Position numbers and translations under genes: made by a program
The notes under the pieces: generated by a model
Seen by the model: the letters and a program-made list of their open reading frames with translations, nothing else
What the model was told of the DNA's origin: nothing
The model's database searches: none
From: an uncultured Anaerolineaceae bacterium
GTDB lineage: Bacteria > Chloroflexota > Anaerolineae > Aggregatilineales > Aggregatilineaceae
Assembly: GCA_964393335.1 (NCBI GenBank)
Contig: CAYMTN010000041.1
Span: 1-24,000 of the forward strand
Length of the DNA: 24,000 bases
Reading direction: 5' to 3'
Part shown: positions 1 through 8,059 of the stretch, one piece after another
Layout: each line of letters begins with the position of its first letter
How positions within the stretch are numbered: position 1 is the first letter of the stretch

Positions 1-689
1 TCGGAGTATTCTCCCTGGATATATCGGTAGCGATTCGCTTGAGATGATTGCTGAGTGAGTCCACTGTCTTTCCCTTCTGACTGCCACCGTTTGAGAATGC
101 CCATCACGTAGCGCCAGTTGCGCTTGTTGCGCTCGACGGCAAGCTGGATCGCTTCTTCGATCCAGGCTGCCGGGTAATCTTGTTCGGCATCTCGAAGCCG
201 CTCGCTGATCATGGGGGTCAGCGGGCCGATGTTCTGCTCGTACACGGTGAAGACGTTCGGGCGCTCAACGACCAGCGCCACCGGGCAGTCCCGGTCACCG
301 AATTCGAACTGTCCGGCTTCGATGGCTCGCACGGCATTGCGCCCTTGCACCGTGTTCATGAAATACAGGTCCTCTGGTCCACTCACGCCGCTGACGGTCA
401 CATGCAGCAGGGTGCCACGTGTCACGGCGCGTTCAAATGCCTGCATGACCTGTGCTTCTGCGCGTTCCGCATGGGAGTCTATGCCGCTCATAAACACGGT
501 ATCCTGGAGCGCTTCGCGGCGCAGCACGTAGCGGTATTCGCCTTCCTGGGCCTGGAGCGCCCAAAAGCAGTACAATGTGAGCTTCAGTTCGGTCAGATCA
601 TCGATGCTTTGCAGCAGGTCGCTGAAAAACAGGCTCGGTACTTTGATGGTGCGCGTCTTACCTGGTGGAAATCCCTGAAAGCCTCGCAT
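1..689 (-). CDS. DnaD-domain (DnaB_2/PF07261-like) replication protein; 3' end cut by the window edge
   Basis: This ORF is absent from the supplied track because it stays open to position 1. Manual reverse translation from the ATG at 689..687 gives MRGFQGFPPGKTRTIKVPSLFFSDLLQSIDDLTELKLTLYCFWAL...NVFTVYEQNIGPLTPMISERLRDAEQDYPAAWIEEAIQLAVERNKRNWRYVMGILKRWQSEGK..., open for 229 codons. It contains the YxxxIxxxW motif (YVMGILKRW) typical of DnaD C-terminal domains. It lies on the same strand as dnaB, 49 nt downstream of the dnaB stop. Confidence 0.8.
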   Translation of the reverse strand, partial: MRGFQGFPPGKTRTIKVPSLFFSDLLQSIDDLTELKLTLYCFWALQAQEGEYRYVLRREALQDTVFMSGIDSHAERAEAQVMQAFERAVTRGTLLHVTVSGVSGPEDLYFMNTVQGRNAVRAIEAGQFEFGDRDCPVALVVERPNVFTVYEQNIGPLTPMISERLRDAEQDYPAAWIEEAIQLAVERNKRNWRYVMGILKRWQSEGKDSGLTQQSSQANRYRYIQGEYS

Positions 690-738
690 GACAGCTCGCT
701 TTTGCCTCTAACAACATCGACGCTCATGATTGTACCGG

Positions 739-2106
739 CTAATATGTTGCGAGATCAACGCCGGTCCGGCTCAGGTTGGCAAACTGGGTCAGTTCCTTGC
801 GGAAGAACAGCGATACGGTTCCGGTAGGGCCGTTGCGGTGTTTGGCGACGAGAATATCGGCCTGGTTCGGGCGCTCGGTGTTTTCGTTATACACTTCGTC
901 CCGGTAAATGAACATCACCACGTCGGCATCCTGCTCGATGCTGCCGGATTCTCTGAGGTCCGACAGTTGAGGGTGCTTGTCCTGGCGCTGCTCGACCGCG
1001 CGGGATAACTGGGCCGCCGCCAGCACCGGCGTGTTGAGTTCACGCGCGATTTCCTTGAGATTGCGCGAGATGAAACTGATCTCTTGCACGCGGTTTTCGT
1101 TGCGCCCGGTGCCGCTTGACATCAATTGCAGGTAATCGACTATGATCAGGTCCAGGCCGTGTTCGCTGTACAGGCGGCGGGACTTGGCTCGCAACTGAAG
1201 CGGTGTCAGGGCCGGGGTATCGTCCAGATACACGCGCAGCTTGCCCAAGTTGCCGGTTGCCTCAACGAACAGCGCCCATTCACGGTCGTCCAATTTGCCC
1301 AGGCGAAGCTGCTGCGTGTTGATACCGGTTTCAGACGACACGAGGCGCTGCACGATCTGTTCATTGCTCATTTCCATGCTGAAGATGGCCACACGCGCCT
1401 TGGCGTGCCGGGCCGCGTTCAGGGCCGCACTGAGCAGCCACGACGTTTTGCCCATGCCGGGACGCCCCGCCACGATCAGCAGGTCCGATTTTTGGAAGCC
1501 GCCCAACAGTTGATCCAGGTCGTTAAAGCCACTCGGCACCCCTAACGATTCTTCCTGGTGGCTGTACAGGTACTCGATTCGGTCAAAATAGTCCACAACC
1601 GCATTGCGGATTGGCACCAGTTCTTTGCGCAGCCGCCGCTCGGTAACGGCAAATAACGCTGCCTCGGACTGGTCGATCACGTCGTTGATGTCGGCGTCTT
1701 CTTCGTGAGCGAGCCGCGCGATAGAACTGGCCGCATTCAACATCCGGCGGCGGATGGCGGCGCGTTCGACGATGCGCCCGTACGTCTCCGTGTAGATTGA
1801 CGAGGGCGTGTGGTTGATCAGGTAGGTGATATACGCCGGGCCGCCGATTTCATCCAGGCGGTCTTGCTGGCGCAGTTCTTCGATGAGCGTGATGTAATCG
1901 ATCTGCTCATTCCGTTCCTGCAGCCGCACGATGGCTTCCCAGACCCATGCATTACGCACGATGAAAAAATCATCCGCTTGCAGAAACGCTGCAACATCAA
2001 ACAAGGCGTCCGGGTTGATCAGAATGGACCCTAACACCGCTTCTTCAGCTTCCACGCTGTGCGGAGCCATCTGATCAGGCCGAATCGTTGACGCTTCCTG
2101 ACTCAT
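739..2106 (-). CDS. dnaB: Replicative DNA helicase DnaB
   Basis: 455-aa ORF. The N-terminal domain reads PHSVEAEEAVLGSILINP. Walker A is GRPGMGKTS. The sequence also shows IIVDYLQLM, the SRNLKEIARELNTPVLAAAQLSR motif and LRESGSIEQDADVVMFIYRDEVY. The length is contiguous with no intein-sized insertion. Confidence 0.97.
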   Translation of the reverse strand: MSQEASTIRPDQMAPHSVEAEEAVLGSILINPDALFDVAAFLQADDFFIVRNAWVWEAIVRLQERNEQIDYITLIEELRQQDRLDEIGGPAYITYLINHTPSSIYTETYGRIVERAAIRRRMLNAASSIARLAHEEDADINDVIDQSEAALFAVTERRLRKELVPIRNAVVDYFDRIEYLYSHQEESLGVPSGFNDLDQLLGGFQKSDLLIVAGRPGMGKTSWLLSAALNAARHAKARVAIFSMEMSNEQIVQRLVSSETGINTQQLRLGKLDDREWALFVEATGNLGKLRVYLDDTPALTPLQLRAKSRRLYSEHGLDLIIVDYLQLMSSGTGRNENRVQEISFISRNLKEIARELNTPVLAAAQLSRAVEQRQDKHPQLSDLRESGSIEQDADVVMFIYRDEVYNENTERPNQADILVAKHRNGPTGTVSLFFRKELTQFANLSRTGVDLATY

Positions 2107-2164
2107 GGTGAACCTTTGGTTTTACGTTGGGTAAAAAACGGTTGGTGTGTCAGTTTGTGCTAAA

Positions 2165-2199
2165 AGCGGGGCTGCCCGGCATGTTCGAGCGGCCCCGCT
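2165..2199 (-). terminator. Possible intrinsic terminator downstream of the BFN gene
   Basis: On the minus strand, AGCGGGGC ... GCCCCGCT forms an 8-bp GC-rich stem (2165..2172 pairs with 2192..2199), followed by TTTTAGC. The 19-nt loop is long and the T-tract is short. Confidence 0.35.
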
Positions 2200-2227
2200 A
2201 CGATGATCGAACAAACGGCGAGCCGTG

Positions 2228-2767
2228 TCAATCAGTTTTGTCTTCGTCGTTTTCGTCTGTGTCAAGATCGTCCAGATCGAGCGATTCTACAAAATCCTCA
2301 AATATGCTGAGCCGTTCCTCACCATCGCCGGGGGTCGGCTGTTCGCCGGTTTCACTCTCGACCTCTTCATCTGGCATGATCCCGGCGCGGTCCATCACGG
2401 ACTCTTCGACATAGATCGGCACATCCAGGCGCACGGATAGCGCAATCGCATCACTCGGACGCGAATCGATGACGCGTGTTTCCTCATTCAATTCGACCAC
2501 GATCTGCGCGTAAAACGTATCCTGGCGCAGGTCATTCACCACAATATGCTGAACCTCACCCCCCAGCTCAGTGATGACCGATTTGAGCAGATCGTGAGTC
2601 AAGGGACGTTCGACGTTCATGTTCTGCAGCTTCACGGCAATCGCTTCCGCTTCACACGGGCCGATGAAGATTGGCAGGTATTTGCCGCTGGTAGGGTCTT
2701 TTAAGATCACGACGCGGAGCTGCGACATAAGGCTAACGCGAATGCTATCAATGAAGACTTTGATCAT
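2228..2767 (-). CDS. Bifunctional nuclease family protein (BFN/DUF151 domain) with an acidic C-terminal tail
   Basis: The track ORF is 2228..2818. I prefer the ATG at 2767 ([24 protein letters not shown]...), which is the typical family N-terminus. Family pattern seen: [14 protein letters not shown]...RPLTHDLL...V.INDL.D.TFYA...[11 protein letters not shown]...PIYV. The tail is rich in D and E. Confidence 0.8.
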   Translation of the reverse strand: MIKVFIDSIRVSLMSQLRVVILKDPTSGKYLPIFIGPCEAEAIAVKLQNMNVERPLTHDLLKSVITELGGEVQHIVVNDLRQDTFYAQIVVELNEETRVIDSRPSDAIALSVRLDVPIYVEESVMDRAGIMPDEEVESETGEQPTPGDGEERLSIFEDFVESLDLDDLDTDENDEDKTD

Positions 2768-2826
2768 GAACTTAATCCTACAATCCGTGTGTGCCGGATA
2801 ATTCAAGTCGGGTGACAATTACGTCG

Positions 2827-2835
2827 ATTATATCA
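2827..2835 (-). promoter_or_regulatory. Extended -10 promoter element TGATATAAT (minus strand) for the BFN gene
   Basis: Plus-strand ATTATATCA at 2827..2835 is TGATATAAT on the minus strand. A weak -35, TTGCTG, lies 18 nt upstream. The element sits in the 158-nt gap between the bactofilin stop and the BFN start. Confidence 0.5.
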
Positions 2836-2925
2836 TCAAGGTTGCGATGCCAGCAAAGCCATTCCCAGCACGTGAAATGACTACGCCGCGCCCCAAACGA
2901 TCCGGTTCACGGCACACGTCACGGT

Positions 2926-3453
2926 TCATGTGGACGCTTCCGGTGTGTCACTGCTGCCTGATTGTGCCTCATGCTCGCCAGCGTCCGGCGAATCGGCAGC
3001 CGGCGTATCCGGGGTTGGGAAGGCTGCCGGATCAAATGCCTGGGCGGCATCGTGGGTAACCATCGTAATCTTCCCGTCGATGAACGCGCCTTCTTCGGTA
3101 GAGATAGCGCTGGCGCTGATGTCACCCCAGACACGCGCCGTGCGCAGAAGTTGCACCTTTTTGCCGCTGACATTACCGCGCACAGCCCCGGCAATCGACA
3201 CGTTTTTCGCGTGAATGTCGGCGGTGATTTTCGCCGTTTCACCGACCAGCACATTGCCGCCGATCTCAAGCGTGCCCTCAAATGTCCCATCGAGCCGGAT
3301 GTTCTCCAGGCTTTTGAGGTCCCCTTTCAGCGTGGCCCCCGATCCCAGCACTGTTTCGAACCCGGCGGGCTGGCGCGTTGACACGGGCGGCGGTGGCGGA
3401 AAGCTGCCGGGCTTATTTTCCGGCTCTTGTTTGCGGCTGCCAAAGAACGACAT
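2926..3453 (-). CDS. Bactofilin (polymer-forming cytoskeletal protein, DUF583)
   Basis: 175 aa. The core shows the characteristic beta-helical repeat pattern: G.L.S...IRLDGTFEGTLEIGGNVLVGETAKITADIHAKNVSIAGAVRGNVSGKKVQLLRTARVWGDISASAISTEEGAFIDGKI. It is flanked by a short basic and aromatic N-terminus (MSFFGSRKQE), a poly-Pro stretch and a disordered acidic C-terminus. Confidence 0.9.
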   Translation of the reverse strand: MSFFGSRKQEPENKPGSFPPPPPVSTRQPAGFETVLGSGATLKGDLKSLENIRLDGTFEGTLEIGGNVLVGETAKITADIHAKNVSIAGAVRGNVSGKKVQLLRTARVWGDISASAISTEEGAFIDGKITMVTHDAAQAFDPAAFPTPDTPAADSPDAGEHEAQSGSSDTPEAST

Positions 3454-3495
3454 GGCCTGCTGATCCTTCAGAAAATGTGCGTATATTCACTCAGG

Positions 3496-3524
3496 ACTAT
3501 ACTCGTCTTGTCCACCTGAGTCAA
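3496..3524 (-). promoter_or_regulatory. Sigma70-type promoter TTGACT-17nt-TATAGT for the bactofilin gene
   Basis: On the minus strand the -35 TTGACT is at 3524..3519, followed by an exact 17-nt spacer and the -10 TATAGT at 3501..3496. The -10 lies about 43 nt upstream of the ATG at 3453. A 7-bp inverted repeat, ACTCAGG (3489..3495) and CCTGAGT (3515..3521), brackets it. Confidence 0.6.
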
Positions 3525-3543
3525 TCGGCGGCGCTGAATCAAA

Positions 3544-3581
3544 CTGTGCCGCCAATCGAACACTCTTGATTGACGGCACAG
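3544..3581 (-). terminator. Hairpin terminator candidate downstream of dedA
   Basis: A 14-bp stem with one mismatch pairs CTGTGCCGCCAATC (3544..3557) with GATTGACGGCACAG (3568..3581) around a 10-nt loop. On the minus strand it is followed by TTTGATT. It starts 18 nt after the dedA stop. Confidence 0.55.
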
Positions 3582-3598
3582 AGGAATAACTTCACAGT

Positions 3599-4273
3599 TT
3601 AGCCGATCTCGGTAGACGGATCGGGTTCGGTGAGGGCGGCCCGCTTGGCGCGGCGCTCACCAAGATAGTCACGCAGGATGTGAACCACCGGGGGCAGCAC
3701 CGAGACGATGATGATCGCCGCCGTGATGGGGAGCAGGTAGCCGTCGGCAGCGTCGCCCAGGAAATAACCCGCGCTTACAACGCCAGTCGCCCACAGAAAA
3801 CCGCCGATGAGATTATAGGATAGAAAACGCGGGTAGTGCATGGTGCCGATCCCGCCTATGATTGGTGCGAAGGTCCGCACGATGGGTATGAAGCGGGCGA
3901 TGACGATGATCTTGCCGCCGTGTTTGGTGTATAGAGCCTCGGCCTCGTACAGGTATTTTTTCTTGAAGAAGAGCGAATCTTCTCGCTCAAAAAGCCTTCG
4001 GCCTACTCTATGGCCGAACCAATACCCGACGCTGTCGCCACTGACGGCGGCGAGGAAGCATCCAATGGCCAGAACCGGGTAGCTCAGCTTGATGCCCAGC
4101 GTATCTTGCAGGCTTGCGCTGCCTGCGATCACGCCTGCCGTGAACAGCAAACTGTCACCCGGCAAGAAAAAACCGATCAGCAACCCTGATTCGGCAAATA
4201 CAATGCCGAAGATTCCGATATATCCAATCGTGGCAATGAACTGCTGGATGTCAAAGTGAATGAGCTGTTCCAT
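3599..4273 (-). CDS. DedA family (VTT/SNARE-associated domain) inner membrane protein
   Basis: 224 aa and multi-TM. Family signature seen: FAESGLLIGFFLPGDSLLFTAG ... G.WFG...G..LF ... ARF.P.VRTFAP..GG...M.Y..F...N..G...W. Confidence 0.9.
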   Translation of the reverse strand: MEQLIHFDIQQFIATIGYIGIFGIVFAESGLLIGFFLPGDSLLFTAGVIAGSASLQDTLGIKLSYPVLAIGCFLAAVSGDSVGYWFGHRVGRRLFEREDSLFFKKKYLYEAEALYTKHGGKIIVIARFIPIVRTFAPIIGGIGTMHYPRFLSYNLIGGFLWATGVVSAGYFLGDAADGYLLPITAAIIIVSVLPPVVHILRDYLGERRAKRAALTEPDPSTEIG

Positions 4274-4469
4274 AAAACTCGCTGTGGGAACCGCCCGTTT
4301 TAGCTTGAGGCGGCACGCGTTCCCATTCCTTTCGTATCACTTATCCGGTCGATCTCTTGAAAACCGCGACTGATGGCCGGATTCCACGAATCAACCGGCC
4401 TGCGCCTGGATGCGCCCGGAGGCCGGTGCGGGTGCGGGTGTGCATGACTCCCGGCTTAATGCGGCGGGG

Positions 4470-4478
4470 AGTGTACCA
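4470..4478 (-). promoter_or_regulatory. Candidate extended -10 element TGGTACACT (minus strand), possible dedA promoter
   Basis: Plus-strand AGTGTACCA at 4470..4478 is TGGTACACT on the minus strand. If used, it implies a dedA leader of about 190 nt. I see no convincing -35. Confidence 0.3.
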
Positions 4479-4521
4479 TAACTTCCGGCGGGCGACTAGG
4501 GTATGTCTGGTTTGTTGGGTG

Positions 4522-4530
4522 TGCTATAAT
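4522..4530 (+). promoter_or_regulatory. Extended -10 promoter TGCTATAAT for the parA-like operon
   Basis: A perfect TGnTATAAT at 4522..4530 ends 35 nt upstream of the ATG at 4566. An AGGA SD sits at 4552..4555. Confidence 0.6.
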
Positions 4531-4565
4531 GCAACCAGTGCGGGTTTCATCAGGATTTGAGCAGA

Positions 4566-5333
4566 ATGACACGAACGCTGGTAATCGCTAATCAAAAGGG
4601 GGGCGTCGGTAAATCGACCTCGGTGATGAACCTGGGGGTGGCGCTAGCCGAGCGCGGCATGAGCGTGCTGTTGATCGACCTTGATCCACAAGGAGGGCTG
4701 ACCGCTGCGTTCGGCATTGATTCATACGATATCCGGCGCAGTGCGTTTTCGTTGATCATGTACAATCACGTGTCGCTGGCGCGCGTCATGCGGCCTGTTC
4801 GCAGCCGGTTAGCATTGGTTCCGGCCAGCATCGACCTGGCTGCATCTGAAATCCAGCTCGCGACCGTTTCGGAGCGGGCGCACCGTCTGAAGATGTCACT
4901 GGACCGCAGCCGTATTCCCTTTGATTGCATCCTGATCGATACGCCGCCCGGCCTGGGCATTTTGACGGCCAACGGGCTGGTAGCTGCCGACGAAGTGCTG
5001 ATCCCGGTTCAGTGCCAATACCTGGCGATGCGCGGCGTGCGGGCGTTGATGGATACGGTTGTGCGGGTCAAAAACAACCTGAATTCGTCGCTGCGGCTGG
5101 CGGGGCTGTTCGGCACGATGTACCGGGCCGATTCGCCGCATGCTCAAGAGGTTGTCGACGAACTGCGGGATGTCTTCGGCCAGAAGATGTTCAAGACGTT
5201 GATCTATTATGACGACGTAGTTGCCGAAGCGCCGATTGTTGGCCTTTCGGTGCTCGAATATATCCCCAGGCATTCTATCGCACAGGGATACCGGGCATTA
5301 GCGGAGGAGATCGCAGGTGGACGATCCGACTAA
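4566..5333 (+). CDS. ParA/Soj-family P-loop ATPase (orphan; no parB in the window)
   Basis: The track ORF starts at TTG 4557. The ATG at 4566 has an AGGA SD 10 nt upstream. The deviant Walker A reads IANQKGGVGKSTSVMNLGVALA, followed by VLLIDLDPQGGLT and ILIDTPPGLG. The whole sequence has a Soj-like pattern. Confidence 0.92.
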   Translation: MTRTLVIANQKGGVGKSTSVMNLGVALAERGMSVLLIDLDPQGGLTAAFGIDSYDIRRSAFSLIMYNHVSLARVMRPVRSRLALVPASIDLAASEIQLATVSERAHRLKMSLDRSRIPFDCILIDTPPGLGILTANGLVAADEVLIPVQCQYLAMRGVRALMDTVVRVKNNLNSSLRLAGLFGTMYRADSPHAQEVVDELRDVFGQKMFKTLIYYDDVVAEAPIVGLSVLEYIPRHSIAQGYRALAEEIAGGRSD

Positions 5334-6801
5334 CGAACAACGACCCAGGGCCTCTTTGCGTGGAAAGGGGCGCGAGATATTGCTGGGCCAACGCTCAAGC
5401 GCTGATTCCCCGTCCGGAACCGAGGATGAGCAGACACAGCGGTTGAGCGAAACGCCACAGCGCCCGGATCATGTCGATGCGGCTTCGCTGCCGCTTTCAC
5501 CGGAAGAAACCGCCGCGCTGCTGGATTTCTCGCCCGATTCGCCCGCTTACGATGCGGGGGTACCGCTGCCTGCCGCATCGGCCAGGCCAGCCGGGCTGAA
5601 ACCGGAACCGGCAGTCGAACCTGTCGACGAGGAAGAACTGCCCGACTGGCTGCCGATGGAACAGGATGAGGCGTTCGACGTACCGGCCTGGATGCAAGAC
5701 TCCGGCCCGGACGCCGGAGTCCCGGCTGAAGCAGCGGCCCCTGCTAAGGCAGGGGTTGACGTACGTCCGGGGGGCGATGCCGTGCCGCTGGGGGAACGGG
5801 ATCAGGCCACATTGGAACCCGTCCCGTACGAGCCGCATCCCGCGCTTGACGATCTGAACCCGGTCATGCCAGAGCACTGGTCACAGCCCCCGGCTGAGCC
5901 GGAAGCCTCAGCCGGACCGCTCGTGCTTCCGCGCCGCGCTACACGTGACGCCGGACCGGAAGATGAAGGCGGTCTGCTTGCCCCAGACGTTCCGGCTGAG
6001 GAAGTCACGCCTGCGGCCCCCTCCGGTTTGCCCGATCCATTTGGGGCAGTGCCCGCGCGACAGGCTTCCGAGCAGTTATTCGAGCCGACCGCCGAGCCGG
6101 ACCAATCGCTGCTTGCGCTGTTGGTCGATGACGACCACATCCGCAAATTGTCCCAGCAGATCGAAGCGCTGCAAGAGGAACTGGTCCAGCGGGTGCAGAG
6201 TGATCGTACCTCGTCTGACCTGTACATGGATGAGCTGCTGCACGCCAGCAGCCTGTTGATGGCATCCCGTGAAAATTACGATGATGCGCGGGCGATTGTG
6301 TATCGAATTCGCGCTGATATGAACCGCCAGCGTAAAGTGAACGCCGACATCTCGCGCTATCGTCCCCTGCTGCTCAATTATCTGGTCGGGTGGGGCATTG
6401 CGCTGATTGTGTTGTTCTTGCTTAAGGGGCTGTTCACGGGCGTGACCGATGCAGTTGGGGTGGGCATTGTCTCGGCGCTGTATTACCCGATGCTGCTCGG
6501 CGTTTCCGGCGCGCTGATCTCCGGGTATTTGACGCTGGAACGTCACACCACGCGCCTGCGTGACTTCGATCCAATCCACATTAGCTGGTACCTGTTCAAC
6601 CCGCTGTTGGGTGGTGTGATGGGTCTGTTGATGTTCTTGATCGCGTCGATTGCCAACGAAGACCTGCTGCGCGAATCCGCCACCGATGCCGAATACGCGA
6701 TCACGTATTTGTTGTGTGTCGTGGCGGGCATGAATCAGAATAACGTGCTGCGCCAGCTCAACGATTTGCTCAAGCGTTTTGGCCGGAGCAGCCAGAACTA
6801 A
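5317..6801 (+). CDS. Hypothetical ParA-associated membrane protein (basic N-terminal peptide, long acidic Pro/Ala-rich region, coiled-coil segment, 3-4 C-terminal TM helices)
   Basis: The GTG start at 5317 has a strong GGAGGA SD at 5303..5308 and overlaps the parA-like 3' end by 17 nt. The ORF is 494 aa. Hydrophobic segments include LLLNYLVGWGIALIVLFLL, VGVGIVSALYYPMLLGVSGALISGYL and WYLFNPLLGGVMGLLMFLIASI. I recognise no family. Confidence 0.75.
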   Translation: MDDPTNEQRPRASLRGKGREILLGQRSSADSPSGTEDEQTQRLSETPQRPDHVDAASLPLSPEETAALLDFSPDSPAYDAGVPLPAASARPAGLKPEPAVEPVDEEELPDWLPMEQDEAFDVPAWMQDSGPDAGVPAEAAAPAKAGVDVRPGGDAVPLGERDQATLEPVPYEPHPALDDLNPVMPEHWSQPPAEPEASAGPLVLPRRATRDAGPEDEGGLLAPDVPAEEVTPAAPSGLPDPFGAVPARQASEQLFEPTAEPDQSLLALLVDDDHIRKLSQQIEALQEELVQRVQSDRTSSDLYMDELLHASSLLMASRENYDDARAIVYRIRADMNRQRKVNADISRYRPLLLNYLVGWGIALIVLFLLKGLFTGVTDAVGVGIVSALYYPMLLGVSGALISGYLTLERHTTRLRDFDPIHISWYLFNPLLGGVMGLLMFLIASIANEDLLRESATDAEYAITYLLCVVAGMNQNNVLRQLNDLLKRFGRSSQN

Positions 6802-6824
6802 AGCCGCGTGGCGAATAGACGGTT

Positions 6825-6856
6825 AAGCCGCTCCATGACACCGGGGCGGCTTTTGT
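6825..6856 (+). terminator. Intrinsic terminator between convergent genes (probably bidirectional)
   Basis: A 10-bp stem pairs AAGCCGCTCC (6825..6834) with GGGGCGGCTT (6843..6852), including one G-T pair, around an 8-nt loop. It is followed by TTTTGT on the plus strand. It lies between the 6801 stop (+) and the 6860 stop (-). Confidence 0.65.
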
Positions 6857-6859
6857 ATG

Positions 6860-7222
6860 TCAGTCCACGTATACGCTGTTGTCCGGCGTCCAGGCCGGTA
6901 CGCAGATCGCCAGCAGCACCAGGTCATCAGGTCCCGCGTTGGCGATCTGGTGGATACGGTTGGGCAGAATGGCGATGCTGTCACCGGGGTGAAGCGTGGT
7001 GCTTGTGCCGTCCATATCCATCCGTGCCAAACCGGACAGGATGTAGTAACTTTCTTCGGCGGTCGGATGGTAATGCTTGAGCGAGGTTTTGCCGGGCGGG
7101 ATCACGATCTGGGCAAGGCTGTATGACCGCGTGCCACCGGCAGCCGCGCCGATCAATTCGTAGACCGTCTCGCCGTGCTCGCTGTTGAGCGGCGATACCC
7201 CGGCGGCATTTTTGATGTGCAT
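6860..7222 (-). CDS. Cupin-domain protein (cupin_2 type)
   Basis: 120 aa. Cupin motifs are G.T.L.HYHPTAEESYYILSG and LHPGDSIAILPNRIHQIAN. An AAGGAG SD lies 9 nt upstream of the ATG at 7222. Confidence 0.85.
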   Translation of the reverse strand: MHIKNAAGVSPLNSEHGETVYELIGAAAGGTRSYSLAQIVIPPGKTSLKHYHPTAEESYYILSGLARMDMDGTSTTLHPGDSIAILPNRIHQIANAGPDDLVLLAICVPAWTPDNSVYVD

Positions 7223-7252
7223 GATTTGATGCTCCTTTTGTGTGAGAAACGG

Positions 7253-8059
7253 CTACAACCAACGCGCGATGATGGCGTCCAGCGTGCCATCGGTCTGCAT
7301 CGCGGCCAAAACACGCTCGACCTCTTTCGTCAGGCGAAAATTCTCTTTGCGCATCGCAACCACGTATTCATCCGGCACGGTTGTGTGACTGGGCATTACC
7401 AGCTCAGGATGTGTTTTAAGGTAAGCACGGGCGCTGACGGTATCGATCAGGGCGGCGTCAACGTCCCCCGATGCAGCGGCGCGCGCAGCTTCATCCGGCA
7501 GCAGGAACCGCTGCATGTCCAGCGCGTGCAGACGCCGCTGCCAGCGCCGCGCGGCCAGGTCCCCCGCCGACGCCAGCTCAACCGCCACCGTGCCGCCATC
7601 CAGATCGCGCATCGAGTCAATGGGGTGGGTGGCACGCGAGACGAGTACCTGCCCGGCATCAAAATAGGGCCGGGTGTAGTAGACCCAGTTCTGCTGGCCC
7701 GGATCGACGCGTAGACCCGCGATCACCATATCGACGTTGCCGGTGTACAGCGCATCGTACAGGCCATCGTAGCCCATGATCAGAATCTGAGTCTCGACGC
7801 CCAAACGCCGCCCGATCTCACGCGCGATGTCAACTTCCAGTCCGACGATGCCGTCGGGCGTCCACTCGGCAAACGGCGGGTAGCTCGGATCAACGCCGAC
7901 GTAGAGGTCTTTGTTGATCTGCGAGCGCAGCCAGGTGCCATCCTGCGGGCCAAAACGCGCGCCGGGACGCGTCAAGCGCCAGCCAACCAGCAGCATGATC
8001 CCGACCAGGACGGCAGCGACGACGAGAACGGCGTTATATTCGTTCGCCCGGCGTTTCAT
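7253..8059 (-). CDS. Family-3 (amino-acid type, SBP_bac_3) solute-binding protein with an N-terminal TM anchor
   Basis: The track ORF extends to 8224. I call the ATG at 8059 (MKRRANEYNAVLVVAAVLVGIMLLVGW...), which overlaps the upstream stop as ATGA. Family pattern seen: LYVGVDPSYPPFA...G.IVGLEVDIAREIGRRLG...YDGLYDAL..G.VD.VIAGL...YY..PYF.AGQVLV. Confidence 0.8.
   Translation of the reverse strand: MKRRANEYNAVLVVAAVLVGIMLLVGWRLTRPGARFGPQDGTWLRSQINKDLYVGVDPSYPPFAEWTPDGIVGLEVDIAREIGRRLGVETQILIMGYDGLYDALYTGNVDMVIAGLRVDPGQQNWVYYTRPYFDAGQVLVSRATHPIDSMRDLDGGTVAVELASAGDLAARRWQRRLHALDMQRFLLPDEAARAAASGDVDAALIDTVSARAYLKTHPELVMPSHTTVPDEYVVAMRKENFRLTKEVERVLAAMQTDGTLDAIIARWL

Noticed and set aside
180-1545. 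Plus-strand track ORFs (180..827, 211..531, 730..1008, 1126..1545) opposite the DnaD-domain gene and dnaB
   Set aside because: They are antisense to strongly supported genes and have an Arg/Gly/His-rich composition typical of GC-rich antisense frames. They show no SD or family motifs.
739-2106. Possible intein in DnaB
   Set aside because: The ORF is 455 aa with contiguous helicase motifs and no insertion, so no intein is present.
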